From assembly GCA_965215005.1 (NCBI GenBank), contig CBDCCZ010000001.1, forward strand, positions 1 through 64,000: 64,000 nucleotides of DNA. Direction: 5' to 3'. A program made the position numbers and the translations under genes. This DNA comes from Kofleriaceae bacterium. Its GTDB lineage: Bacteria > Myxococcota_A > Polyangia > Haliangiales > Haliangiaceae. The notes beneath the pieces were generated by a model that searched no databases, was not told where the DNA came from, and worked only from the letters and a program-made list of their open reading frames with translations. Below, piece by piece: positions 1 through 10,419 of the stretch (position 1 is the stretch's first letter; the number at the start of each line of letters is the position of its first letter).

Positions 1-267
1 AGCTTAGCCGTGGAGTGGGCGCAGTTCGACGTCTTGGTCAACGCGGTGGCCCCCGGCATCATCCTCTCGAGCGGCACCGCGCAGTACCCAAAACCCATCC
101 TCGAGCGGGCGATTCGCAGCATTCCGCTGCGCCGCCCCGGTACCGTCGAAGAGGTCGCGGCGGCGATCATCTTTTTACTATCGCCGGCAGCGCAGTTCAT
201 CAGCGGCGCGACGCTGCGCATCGATGGCGCTCAGAGCTTGTGGGGCGATACGTGGGAGCTTCCTTAG
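1..267 (+). CDS. SDR-family oxidoreductase, C-terminal fragment (runs off window start)
   Basis: Open frame from base 1 (SLAVEW..), VNAVAPG motif, IPLRRPGTVEEVA..FISGATLRIDG typical SDR C-terminus. Confidence 0.85.
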   Translation, partial: SLAVEWAQFDVLVNAVAPGIILSSGTAQYPKPILERAIRSIPLRRPGTVEEVAAAIIFLLSPAAQFISGATLRIDGAQSLWGDTWELP

Positions 268-275
268 CCGCGCCT

Positions 276-1043
276 TTAGAATGCGATGGATTGGCAACCG
301 TCGACTGGAATGCAGGCGCCGGAAATCCAGCTCGCCCGCGGCGAGCACACGAAGGCCACTACGTTGGCAACTTCTTCAGGAGTGCCAAAGCGGCCGAGCG
401 GTAGCGTTTGCTGCACGAAGGCGGCGATCTTCTCTGGCTCGGCCTGTTGGCGTCGATCCCAGCCGCCGCCGGGAAACAAGATGGAGCCGGGAGCGATGCT
501 GTTGACGCGGATCCCGTAGCGCGCGTAATCGCGAGCCATCGCCTTAGCCAGCGCAATGACGCCGGCCTTGCCAACGTTGTACCCCGGAGAGCCGCCGGCC
601 TCCCGGCCCCAGATCGAGGCGATCATCACGATGGCGCCGCCGCGCTCCTTCATCGCCGCCGCGCCGTATTGGCAGACGCGCTCGGTGCTCCACAAGTTGA
701 GGTCGAGCATGCGCGCGAAGTCGGCATCGTCCATGTCGTCGCAGTGCCGGGCCCCCGACTTGCCCACGTTGGCAACGATGCAGTCGAGCGAGCCAAACGC
801 ACCGACGGCCCCATCGATAGCGGCATGCGCGCCTTCGGGCGTGGTGACGTCAGTGCTGATCGTGAGATGCGGCCCGCCACCGGCTCTTGCGAGCTCCGCG
901 GCAACCGCCGCCAAGTCTTCGCGGCCGCGAGCGATGGCCGCCACCCGGCATCCTTCGCGGGCCAGAGCGAGAGCAATGGCGCGACCGATACCGCGCGAGG
1001 CGCCGCTAACCAGCGCGTGAGCTCCTGAGAGGCCGAGTTCCAT
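276..1043 (-). CDS. SDR-family NAD(P)-dependent oxidoreductase
   Basis: GASRGIG Rossmann motif, YNVGK (YxxxK), VNSIAPG. Confidence 0.93.
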   Translation of the reverse strand: MELGLSGAHALVSGASRGIGRAIALALAREGCRVAAIARGREDLAAVAAELARAGGGPHLTISTDVTTPEGAHAAIDGAVGAFGSLDCIVANVGKSGARHCDDMDDADFARMLDLNLWSTERVCQYGAAAMKERGGAIVMIASIWGREAGGSPGYNVGKAGVIALAKAMARDYARYGIRVNSIAPGSILFPGGGWDRRQQAEPEKIAAFVQQTLPLGRFGTPEEVANVVAFVCSPRASWISGACIPVDGCQSIAF

Positions 1044-1047
1044 GGTT

Positions 1048-1452
1048 TTAGTTCCGCATGAGCCCGAGGAGCTTGCTCATCGAGCGCTCATCGGCGGGTG
1101 GGAATTCGTAGTTGCCCATTTCGTCAGTCGATACCCAGCGAACGTCATTGACGTTGACCGCCGCCGGCTCGGCATCGCTGGGGAGCGTGCACGAAAACAT
1201 CGTTAAGTGAACGTCGTAATGCTGGTAGGCGTGCACGTGCTCGCCAATCTCGGCGACCACCGCGGGCGAGACGCCGAGTCGCCACTGGAGCTCACGAACC
1301 AGCGCGGTTTCGTCATCCTCGCCGTCTTCGACGCGCCCTCCAGGAAACTCCCATAAAAGTGGCAGCACGGCGCCGGCGTTGCGCTGGGTGAGGAGGTAGC
1401 GGCCATCGCGCTCGATGACCGCCGCGACGACCCGGATCACGACCTTTGCCAT
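1048..1452 (-). CDS. MutT-like Nudix hydrolase
   Basis: WEFPGGRVEDGE..RE Nudix box, VVAAVI start, FPPAD end. Confidence 0.85.
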   Translation of the reverse strand: MAKVVIRVVAAVIERDGRYLLTQRNAGAVLPLLWEFPGGRVEDGEDDETALVRELQWRLGVSPAVVAEIGEHVHAYQHYDVHLTMFSCTLPSDAEPAAVNVNDVRWVSTDEMGNYEFPPADERSMSKLLGLMRN

Positions 1453-1484
1453 CTGCGGCGAGGGTATCGGGCCCGCAGCGGCGA

Positions 1485-1513
1485 TTGCAACGATATGCGG
1501 CGCAGACTACGCT
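1485..1513 (+). promoter_or_regulatory. sigma70-type promoter of rhodanese gene (probably leaderless)
   Basis: TTGCAA-17bp-TACGCT, 8 nt before ATG 1522. Confidence 0.55.
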
Positions 1514-1521
1514 GCCGGCCT

Positions 1522-1947
1522 ATGTCTACGAAGCGCGTGACTCCCGATGAAGCCGCCGAGCTGCTCGACCAGGGCTGGACCTACGTGGATGTTCGGTCGG
1601 TTCCCGAGTTCGACGAAGGGCATCCGGCCGGTGCGTTCAACGTGCCGGTGATGCATCGGCAGGGCGGGCAGATGACGGCCAATACCTCGTTTGTTGATGT
1701 GATGGTGCGGCGCTTTCCCAAGGACACCAAGCTCCTAATTGGCTGTCGCAGTGGCGGTCGCTCGCAGCGGGCGGTGGAGATGCTGGCGAATAAAGGCTTC
1801 GAGGAGCTCATCGACGTCCGCGGTGGCTTCGGTGGCGAAACCGACGCCGCCGGCAAAACCGTGGTGGAGGGTTGGCAGGCGCGACAGCTGCCGGTGGCTA
1901 CGCGCGCCGAGCCGGGCCACAGCTACGAAGAGCTCGAGCGCGCGTAA
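1522..1947 (+). CDS. Rhodanese-like domain protein
   Basis: VDVRSVPEFDEGHPAGAFNVP and active-site CRSGGRS. Confidence 0.9.
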   Translation: MSTKRVTPDEAAELLDQGWTYVDVRSVPEFDEGHPAGAFNVPVMHRQGGQMTANTSFVDVMVRRFPKDTKLLIGCRSGGRSQRAVEMLANKGFEELIDVRGGFGGETDAAGKTVVEGWQARQLPVATRAEPGHSYEELERA

Positions 1948-1993
1948 CGTAGCGGCCATATGGATGCGGGCTTCGTAGTACTCTGTCGCCGCC

Positions 1994-2395
1994 ATGGACA
2001 TCCGCATCGTCGAAATCCATCCGGCGGCCGACGCCAAGCAGCTCAACACCGAGTGGTTCGTGCTCGCGAATGAAGGCGACAAGCCGTTCTCTACCCGCGG
2101 CTGTGCGCTGCACGTGCAAAAGAAGCCAAGCCCCAAGAAGACCTCGCTCGGCACCATGGATCCCGGCTTTCACCTCGGACCGGGTGAAAAGGTTCGGGTC
2201 ATCACCGGTAACCCTGGCCGCAAAGCGCACGGGGCTGTCCCGGGCGATGAGCTAAAGAACTACAGCCTGTTTCTCAACGCACCGGTGCTGCGCGGCGATG
2301 GCACCGTTCTCGTCATCGCGCTGCGCTCTGCTCTCATCACGAGCGCCGTCTACGACTCGTCGCAGACGAATGGGATTGCGGAGCCGAGCGAGTAA
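1994..2395 (+). CDS. Hypothetical protein, lamin-tail-domain-like
   Basis: IVEI..NTEWFVLANEG..GC pattern resembles the LTD fold; good codon bias. Confidence 0.55.
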   Translation: MDIRIVEIHPAADAKQLNTEWFVLANEGDKPFSTRGCALHVQKKPSPKKTSLGTMDPGFHLGPGEKVRVITGNPGRKAHGAVPGDELKNYSLFLNAPVLRGDGTVLVIALRSALITSAVYDSSQTNGIAEPSE

Positions 2396-2503
2396 CGCGT
2401 GCCGAATGACAGCGTTGCGGTGCTGCCATAACGGATCCTCGCCTGCGGATCGCATGACCTCCGCACGCCGGATGAGCTGCGGTGGGCGGCGCGGGAAGAA
2501 CGC

Positions 2504-4237
2504 ATGAGCGGATTCGAGAGCTTGCCGGCGCGATTCTTCGCGCTTGCGCAGCGGCTAGAAGCACAGTGTTGGCATCGCTATCGGGTGGGAGCTACTTGGA
2601 TCCCGGTTGGATGGTCTTCGGCGGCGCGGCTGGTCTCGAGCATCGCCGTCGGCCTGCGCTGTCTCGGGCACCGCCCCGGTGATGCGGTCGCGATCGCCTC
2701 GGCCACGCGGCGCGAGTGGCTGCAAGTCGACCTGGCGGTGCAAGCGAGCGGCGGCATCACGGTTGGTTTGTTTCCCAACCTCGATGCTGCCGAGGTCGAG
2801 TATGTGCTGGCGCATTCGCGCGCCAAGATTTGCGTGGTCGACCGGCAGGCGCGGCTAGAGAACGTGCTGGCGGTGGTCGACGCATTGCCCGCGCTCGAGG
2901 TCATCGTCGTGCTCGATGGTGCCGAGCAAGCGATGGCGGCTGGCAGGGTCCAAATTCTTGGCCTCGATGCGGTCATCGCTAGAGGCGCCGAGCGCGATGA
3001 GCAGGCCGAAATCGAACGCGCGGCGCGCGCGATTGGACCCGCCGATGCGGCGAGCTTTCTCTACACCAGCGGCACGACCGGCGCGCCCAAGGGCGCCATG
3101 TTCTCGCACGGCGCCATTGCGGCGGCGATTGCTGCGACGCGGGCAGTGCCGCTGCTTCCGAGCGACTCGAGCTTCTCACTGCTGCCGCTGTCGCATGCTC
3201 TGCAGCGCGTGTTCGATTATCGGGCGCTTTGGGAAGGCCTGCCCATGGCGTATGCGCGTGGTCCTGCGACCGCCATCGCCGACCTGGCGGCGGTGTCGCC
3301 GAGCGTGATGGTGGCCCCGCCGCGCATGCTGCAAGCAATCTACAACGCGGTTCACGAACAAGCTGCTTCCAGCTCGAGCGGTCGCTCCAACGTCATCGAT
3401 TGGGCGCTCGGCATCGCAAAGCGTGCTCAGCTTGCACGTCCTGGCCGACTACTGGCGGCGCAACTGGCGGTGGCCAAGCGGCTGGTGTTCGACAAGGTCG
3501 CAGCGTATCTCGGTGGTCGGATGCGGCTCATCATCACCGGCGGCGCCGCGGTGACGCCGCAGCTGCAAGCGCTGATGAACGCTGCGGGCATCACGGTGCT
3601 CGAGAGTTGGGGCATGAGCGAGACGTTCGCCGTGGGCTGCATGAACCTGCCCGCGGATGCTCGTGTTGGTACGGTGGGGCGCCCGCTGCCGGGAATCATC
3701 GCTCGCACCGGCGAGGACGACGAGCTGCTGGTGCGCGGCGGCAACCTTTTCTCGGGATACTTTCGCGACGATGAGGCCACCGCGCTGGCGTTCACCGGCG
3801 ATGGCTTCTTTCGCACCGGCGACCTCGCCCGCATCGACGAGGATGGCTTCGTGCGGGTGGTGGACCGCAAGAGCGACCTCATCGTCACCATAGGCGGCGC
3901 GCAGGTGGCCCCGAGCAATATCGAGCGCCACATCAGCACCGACCCCCGCATCCGTCAGGTGGTGGTGCTCGGTCATCGTCGGCCGTTTCTGGTCGCGCTC
4001 GTGGCAGTGACGGAGGAGGTGCGCGCGGAGCTCGAGGCCGAGGAGCTGAGCGCGGTGGTGGAGAGCATCATCGGTCGCAAAAATCTCGACCTCGCCCGCG
4101 ACGACCAGGTTCGCAAGTTTCGCATGTTGCCCTATGAGCTATCGACCCGCACCGGTGAGCTCACGCCGACGCTGACGATCAAGCGGTGGGTCGTGGCGGA
4201 GAAGTTTCGCTATCTCATCGACGAGATGTACGAGTGA
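2504..4237 (+). CDS. Long-chain fatty-acid-CoA ligase (AMP-dependent synthetase)
   Basis: YTSGTTGAPKG, WGMSET, FRTGDL, DRKSD, ELTPTL motifs. Confidence 0.92.
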   Translation: MSGFESLPARFFALAQRLEAQCWHRYRVGATWIPVGWSSAARLVSSIAVGLRCLGHRPGDAVAIASATRREWLQVDLAVQASGGITVGLFPNLDAAEVEYVLAHSRAKICVVDRQARLENVLAVVDALPALEVIVVLDGAEQAMAAGRVQILGLDAVIARGAERDEQAEIERAARAIGPADAASFLYTSGTTGAPKGAMFSHGAIAAAIAATRAVPLLPSDSSFSLLPLSHALQRVFDYRALWEGLPMAYARGPATAIADLAAVSPSVMVAPPRMLQAIYNAVHEQAASSSSGRSNVIDWALGIAKRAQLARPGRLLAAQLAVAKRLVFDKVAAYLGGRMRLIITGGAAVTPQLQALMNAAGITVLESWGMSETFAVGCMNLPADARVGTVGRPLPGIIARTGEDDELLVRGGNLFSGYFRDDEATALAFTGDGFFRTGDLARIDEDGFVRVVDRKSDLIVTIGGAQVAPSNIERHISTDPRIRQVVVLGHRRPFLVALVAVTEEVRAELEAEELSAVVESIIGRKNLDLARDDQVRKFRMLPYELSTRTGELTPTLTIKRWVVAEKFRYLIDEMYE

Positions 4238-4282
4238 CTTGGAGCAGAGCAGCTTCGCTGCTTCTATGAATGAGCCCTAGTT

Positions 4283-5962
4283 TTAGCCAAGTAGGGTCGC
4301 GAGGAGAAAGGTGACGAGCACGCCGAGCAACAGCGCGGCGGCAAAGGCGACGCCTAGAGCAAGCTTGGGGCGTTGCCGCGCGACCGGCTGGGTGACTTGG
4401 TGATGGCGTGAGCGAGGCGATGAGTGAGGTGCCGGTAAGGCATGAGCCACGGCCGATGGGTGAAACGTTTCGAGAGTCTGCGGTACCTGCGCCGTTGCGA
4501 AGTGCGCAGGCGAGTCGCTCGTGGTCTGCGGCACAGGCGCTGCCGCGGGGTCGGCCGGGGCGGGTTCGATTGTCGCGGGTTCTTGCTCCGCGGTAATGCG
4601 CACCGGCCGCGTTGGAAGGTCTTCGGCGCCGGGATCGCTAGCCGGCTGGCGTGGCGGGGGAATGGGCGGCGGTTGCGCAGCGGGCCGCTGCTCGCTGTGC
4701 CGCGCCGGGCTTAGCGTGGTGGCGTCTTCATCGCCGGCGCTCGCACCACTGCAAGCGTCTTGGCTGCGGCCGAGCGGGTTCTGCTCGATGCGCGTGGCAT
4801 CGTCGTTTTGGCCGCTGGGATCCTGGGGATGGTCTTCCGCGGCTTGCAGCCCGGGCGTCGTCGCGGACAGGCGATCGGTCGCCGCGCGCAGCTCGTGCAC
4901 GGGGCGTCGCGCATCGCTATCGGGATCCGAGGTGTCCCACTGCAGGTCATCGAGCGTCGATGGCCGGCCTTCGATCAGCTCGCGCATTCGCGTGTTGTGC
5001 TCGTCGAGCTCACTGGCGAAGTGGCTTTCAAAGAAGCGGGCCAGCTCGCTCGCGCTCATCGAGCTACCGCGGCGATGGAGAGCGGCGTGCAGCGCTTCGC
5101 CGAACGCTTCAGCGGTGGGATAGCGAGCATCTCGATCATAGGCGAGTGCCTTCATGATGAGCGGATCGAGGGCGGGGTCGAGGTCGGGGCAGACCGCGGT
5201 CGGAGGACGTACGTCGCCATCGATGATGGCGTGGTAGGTGTCGTAGGTGGCGTCGCGCTTAAAGAGCCGCTGCCCGGTCACCAGCTCGTGCACCACGATT
5301 CCGAGCGCGAAGATGTCGGTGCGCCGATCGAGCGGCGCCGCCAGGCACTGCTCGGGCGACATATACGCAAACTTGCCTTTGATGGTGCCGCTGCGGGTTC
5401 GCGTGGCGCGGCGCGCGGCCTTGGCGATGCCGAAGTCGACCACCTTGAGGATGCCCTCGAAGGAGACGACGAGATTTTGCGGCGAGACGTCGCGATGAAC
5501 GATATTGAGAGGCGCGCCCTCGGCGTTTCGCTCGTGGGCGTAATGGAGACCGGTGCACGCCTGCGCCGCCATTCCGAGCACCACGTCGGTGGGCAGTCGG
5601 CCGCCAGGCAGTCGCTCGGCCGCCTTGCGCGCGATCAGTGCCAGCGACATGCCGGCGAGGTACTCCATCACTAAGAAATAGCGGCCCTCGTGTTGGCCGA
5701 GCTCGAGAGTTTGCACGATGTTCGAGTGGTCGAGCTGGGCGCCGAGGCGAGCCTCGTCGAGGAACATCTGGACGAACTCATGGTCCTCGGCGAGATGATC
5801 GTGCAAGCACTTCACGACCACGTACTTGGCAAAGCCCGCCGCGCCTCCCATGCGTGCGAGATAGATCTCCGCGGTTCCCCCCAACGCGATGAGCGCCAGA
5901 AGCTCGCAACTGCCCAGACGCTGCCCCACCAGAGCGCCAGCCGTGTTGGGAGCCGTCGGCAT
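4283..5962 (-). CDS. Ser/Thr protein kinase with Pro-rich linker and C-terminal TM helix
   Basis: HRDVSPQN, DFG, GKFAYMSPEQ; start chosen at ATG 5962. Confidence 0.93.
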   Translation of the reverse strand: MPTAPNTAGALVGQRLGSCELLALIALGGTAEIYLARMGGAAGFAKYVVVKCLHDHLAEDHEFVQMFLDEARLGAQLDHSNIVQTLELGQHEGRYFLVMEYLAGMSLALIARKAAERLPGGRLPTDVVLGMAAQACTGLHYAHERNAEGAPLNIVHRDVSPQNLVVSFEGILKVVDFGIAKAARRATRTRSGTIKGKFAYMSPEQCLAAPLDRRTDIFALGIVVHELVTGQRLFKRDATYDTYHAIIDGDVRPPTAVCPDLDPALDPLIMKALAYDRDARYPTAEAFGEALHAALHRRGSSMSASELARFFESHFASELDEHNTRMRELIEGRPSTLDDLQWDTSDPDSDARRPVHELRAATDRLSATTPGLQAAEDHPQDPSGQNDDATRIEQNPLGRSQDACSGASAGDEDATTLSPARHSEQRPAAQPPPIPPPRQPASDPGAEDLPTRPVRITAEQEPATIEPAPADPAAAPVPQTTSDSPAHFATAQVPQTLETFHPSAVAHALPAPHSSPRSRHHQVTQPVARQRPKLALGVAFAAALLLGVLVTFLLATLLG

Positions 5963-6119
5963 GAGCAATCCAGCATACACCAAACCCCGGCCACTCGAGC
6001 GTCGGCCGGGGTTCAAGGTGCTGTAACTACATCGAATGTCTCGGGCGAGCTGGACGACTCAAAGTATGGGGACGAGTGGGCGGCTATTCGAAGCGCTCGC
6101 ATCAACTAGCTGCACATCA

Positions 6120-6600
6120 TCTCGTCGCTGGTGCGCAAGCGGCCGCATTCGGGGATCGCTATCGCGAGGAGCTGTTTCCGAGATTGGTGTTGCGGCAGGC
6201 GTCCGCTGCGATGATCAGCTGGCGTGGCGAGCGCGCGGACCTCGAGTGCGTGCGAATTCCTATTGCCAACAGCGCGGCGTCAATCGGCTGCGGCGCGACT
6301 CGCAGCTGCTTTCCCTCAAGACCTTCGATACGCTCGAGCTCGAGATCGAGCGAGTATAGCAGCAAGCTGCAAGTGCAGCTTCGCGAGCTTGGGCGCGGTT
6401 ACTTCGTCAAGCGATGCGTCGGCGGGCTCGCTTTCGGACTGCTCGGGGTCGGCAAGAACCACGCGATGGTCGCTGCAATGGTCACCGTCGGCCACGCGCT
6501 GATCGAAAAGGGTTCACCGTGCAAGTCGCCCGGGCCTCTGAGCTCGTGCAGCACTTGCGCACCGTCGATAGATTCGACGTGATCATCCGCGACGACCTGC
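6120..6600 (+). pseudogene. istB: IS21-family IstB-like ATPase remnant (frameshifted)
   Basis: Across three frames: RLRRDSQL..KTFDTL / LRELGRGYFV..LAFGLLGVGKNH (Walker A)..GHALIEKG / ASELVQHL..DRFDVIIRDDL (Walker B). Confidence 0.75.
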
Positions 6601-6621
6601 GCGCATTGAGCAAGCTCGACT

Positions 6622-6663
6622 GGTTCTCGCCTGGCGAAGGTTCTCGCCTGGCGAAGGTTCTCG
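6622..6663. repeat. 17-bp tandem repeat GGTTCTCGCCTGGCGAA x2.5
   Basis: Exact copies at 6622 and 6639, partial at 6656. Confidence 0.9.
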
Positions 6664-6669
6664 TCGAAC

Positions 6670-6911
6670 GCGGGCCGGTGCTCGGCGACCGCTACCACGC
6701 TCACGTGCTGTGAACGTTCACCGAGGTGGTGCGCGTCCGCGAGTACATCAAGCGCAACTACCGCAAGCACGCGGCCGAGCGCGTGCACAAGCTGCTCACG
6801 GGCTTCGTGGACTCATACTCGTCGTCGGCGCCCGGAATGCGCCACAGGCTCGGGTTACCGGCGCCTGGCTGGCTCGCGAGTCACGGCTCTGGGGCGGTTG
6901 CGCGGGTGTGA
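6670..6911 (+). pseudogene. REP-associated tyrosine (Y1/RAYT-like) transposase C-terminal remnant
   Basis: RGPVLGDRYHAHVL*TFTEVVRVREYIKRNYRKH..VDSYSS..WL, in-frame TGA at 6711. Confidence 0.6.
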
Positions 6912-7240
6912 TCCGCTGTGGCGGATGGAGCCCAAGGACGTTCAGGAGATATGCGGGACGATCTTGAAGATGACAAAGCCAGCCAAGGTTGCGGTTCAGC
7001 TGGACCGGAACACCGCGCGCTTACACACGAGCATAGGACTCACAGAATTCAGCGGAATTTCTCGGCTTGTTGCTGCTGTTGTGGAGCCAAACAACGCTTC
7101 TGACATGTCGAACTCTCCTGGTTGCTGGCCCGAGCCCGCTCGGCTCTTCTACCGGAGACAACAGCGCTCCTGAACTACGACAGGGGTTGGCAAGAAAACA
7201 CGCGACCGCCTGGAGCGCTTGCTGCATGCCGGGGCGTGAC

Positions 7241-8491
7241 TCAGCATGTCTTCTGGCCAAGCCGCCGCCGCAAGAGGACACGCACCGCATCCGAAGGCGC
7301 CAGAGCCACGGCCGTGGCCCGGTGGTGCTCTGCCACCGGCTGATTCCCGCAGCGCCTGTGTAAATCTGCCAGAACCGCCGCCCAGAGGTACGACTCGTCG
7401 AGCCATGTAGGGGGCTCGCCCCCCTCGATCACGGCCAAGCCTGCCGCAGGTCCCCGCCACTCGGCGACGGCGACGGCGCGATTTAGGCGGTGAAGAGGGG
7501 AAGGCGAAACTTGCTCGAGTAGCTCGTAGCACTCGACCACTTTGTCCCAGCGCGTCTTGTCCAATGACGGCGCGAGACAGTGCTCGGCCGCGATCGCTGC
7601 CTCGGCGTGATACCTGGAATAAGTGTCGCCTTGCGCAGACTCTGCGAGCCACGAGAGACCGACCTGAATCTGCGCTTGGTCCCATCGCCCTCTGTCTTGC
7701 TCCTCGAGCAGCAGCAGTCCGCCCGACAAATCCTGCCGCGCGGTTATGCGCGCATCATGCAGGTGCATGAGCGCCAGGAGGGCACACGTCTCCGGGGTTC
7801 GACCAAGCGCATGCTCTGCTGCGATGGTGGTCAGGCGGATCGCTTCGTCGCAGAGCTCCCGGCGAATAGGCAGCTCTGCATGGGACGACAGGTGTCCCTC
7901 CGTGAACATGAGATACAGGACCTTGTGCAGTGTGCCGAGGCGTGTGGCGAATTGCGCGGGTGCGAGATCGAACTCGCTCGGCGTCAGCTGCCGCAGACGG
8001 CTTCGTGCGCGTCCGATGCGCTTGTAGACGTTGGCCTCACTCGTGAAGAGGCGATGCGAGATCTCGCGGACGTCGAAGCCGCACAGAGTCTTCAAAGCCA
8101 GTATGAGCTGCGACTCCACCGGAAGTGCGTGGTCGCAGCAGACAAGGAGCATCCGCAAAAGATCATCCTGAACCTCGTTGGCCAGACGTGGTTGCGCGCT
8201 CTCCTGGTCGGAAGACAGCTCAGCATAGCCATGGTGCTCCAGGAGCTGGTCGCGGCGAGCACGCTGGCGCAGCCCTCCCAGGACGTTGTTGTGGGCCACC
8301 CGGAAGAGCCACGCCGACGGGTGGTCAGGGATGCCGGCGTGAATCCACGTCTCGAGAGCCGTCATCAGGGCGGACTGGACCGCGTCCTCGATCGCTTCGA
8401 TGTGGTGCACGCCCACCCGCCGGGCGAGCGTCGCCACCATCCGGCCATACTCGTGCCTGAAGAAATTGTCGACGAGCTGCGAAGTCCTCAA
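7241..8491 (-). CDS. ECF RNA polymerase sigma factor with C-terminal extension (ECF42/DUF6596-like)
   Basis: EDAVQSA..W..AWLFRVAHN, DDLLRML..CC, LYLMFTEG, LLLEEQDR..WD; TTG start overlaps the upstream TGA. Confidence 0.9.
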   Translation of the reverse strand: MRTSQLVDNFFRHEYGRMVATLARRVGVHHIEAIEDAVQSALMTALETWIHAGIPDHPSAWLFRVAHNNVLGGLRQRARRDQLLEHHGYAELSSDQESAQPRLANEVQDDLLRMLLVCCDHALPVESQLILALKTLCGFDVREISHRLFTSEANVYKRIGRARSRLRQLTPSEFDLAPAQFATRLGTLHKVLYLMFTEGHLSSHAELPIRRELCDEAIRLTTIAAEHALGRTPETCALLALMHLHDARITARQDLSGGLLLLEEQDRGRWDQAQIQVGLSWLAESAQGDTYSRYHAEAAIAAEHCLAPSLDKTRWDKVVECYELLEQVSPSPLHRLNRAVAVAEWRGPAAGLAVIEGGEPPTWLDESYLWAAVLADLHRRCGNQPVAEHHRATAVALAPSDAVRVLLRRRLGQKTC

Positions 8492-8832
8492 GGGCCGTGG
8501 ATCTCGATGATCTCGACGCCAGAGCCGGGCCGTACGAGACCCGGGCACTCACGAGCGACCTCGATGGCTTCCTCCAGGGTCTCGGCCGAGACGATCATGT
8601 AGCCTCCCACCAGCTCCTTGACCTCGACGAAGGGACCGTCGGACGCGCTCTCGGTCGCGACGAGTTTGCCCGCACCGAGCTTGCCGCCCATATCGGCTAG
8701 GTTCTTCTTGAACTTCTCCTGCCAGACGGCGAACTTGGCGTACATCTCCTGCAGCTGGGCTGGGGATGGCTTGCCCTGGCTTTCCCCGCCGCCCCCCGGC
8801 AAACTTCTCTGCAAACATAGATACTTAGGCAT
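8488..8832 (-). CDS. YciI/DGPF-family protein
   Basis: DGPFVEVKELVGGY motif; GGAG RBS before ATG 8832. Confidence 0.92.
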   Translation of the reverse strand: MPKYLCLQRSLPGGGGESQGKPSPAQLQEMYAKFAVWQEKFKKNLADMGGKLGAGKLVATESASDGPFVEVKELVGGYMIVSAETLEEAIEVARECPGLVRPGSGVEIIEIHGP

Positions 8833-9355
8833 GGCTTCTCCTGGTTGATTCGGGTCGGTCGACACGGCCGACATCCCAGTGACGCGTGGGCGTCCTCGCG
8901 TTGGACACCCGCCCGGTCTTTTTCAAGGAGGCCGCTATTTTCCGGGCCCAACGTACCTCGGGGCCAAGGCCCTCCTCAATTGTTGAGCTTCATGGCGTGC
9001 CTGTCCCCACCCCTGCCGCCCGGCGCTTTGCCTCCCGCCGGTGTTGAATCAGCGGACTGGCGATGCGAGTCGGTGGGCGTGAATCAAGCAAATCTAGCGC
9101 TGGTCGAGCAGCTTGAGCAGTTGGTGCGGAATCATTTGGAGGCGACGCGGTGCTCGGGCACTCGAGCGAGTGTCGCGAGTGCGTAGCGTTGGGCAGCGGC
9201 ACCAGACGCGCTACTCCCCATGGTGGCGCGGGCGGTGGCGAGCGTGAGCTGATCAGGCCGTTACGCTGCCGCCGATGAGAGACGCGGCGTCGGCGCACCG
9301 TTGACGTGGGCAGTGACACGACGGATCGCGAAGTAGAGGACGTCCTTGACGAGCT

Positions 9356-9593
9356 GGGATCGAGCGCCTCGAACACGCGCCGGAAAGTATGCGCGCTGGG
9401 GTGCCCTTCTTCATCGCGAGGAAGCGCTTGAAGAGGGACGAGCTGTTTATCAACAGCGCGAGCGCCTCCCACCATTGGCGCCGCAGCTCGTTCCGAAGAA
9501 AGCCTGGGTCAGGCTGTTGACGAGTGGATGGTGGCGCGTCCGAGCGACACGCGGGTCGGGTACATCATCGAAGTAATCACCCAACGACTCGAG
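9356..9593 (-). pseudogene. ISAs1-family transposase N-terminal remnant
   Basis: YFDDVPDPRVARTRHHPLVN..CGANG/WE..FKRFL..G/PSAHTFRRVFEALDP across two frameshifts. Confidence 0.8.
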
Positions 9594-9855
9594 ACTAGGC
9601 GATTGCGGCTGGCGCGGCGTCTACGGAGAGGATCACGGCCATCAGCGCTGCGCGCGTTTGGGGCAATCGGGGTGCGCTAGGCGATCTACTTCGCATCGCC
9701 TTTCGATGCGCCGCCGCTTTGTGCCGCCGCAGAGGAGCGCACGGGCTGCAGCCCGCGGAGAGCGAGCGCGTATCGGGAGGGAGACCTGGGTGCGGGCAGA
9801 GACAAGAAGTCTGTCCTTGTGAGTCAAACCGCGCTTGCCATTCGCCTTCTGGCTC

Positions 9856-10415
<560 letters not shown>

Positions 10416-10419
<4 letters not shown>

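Noticed and set aside
2403..2420. CGAATGA upstream of the acyl-CoA ligase as a third FadR-like box
   Set aside because: Half-site only; no matching TCATTC arm
6898..7240. Short ORFs in an AT-richer spacer
   Set aside because: No recognisable motif, RBS or consistent codon bias
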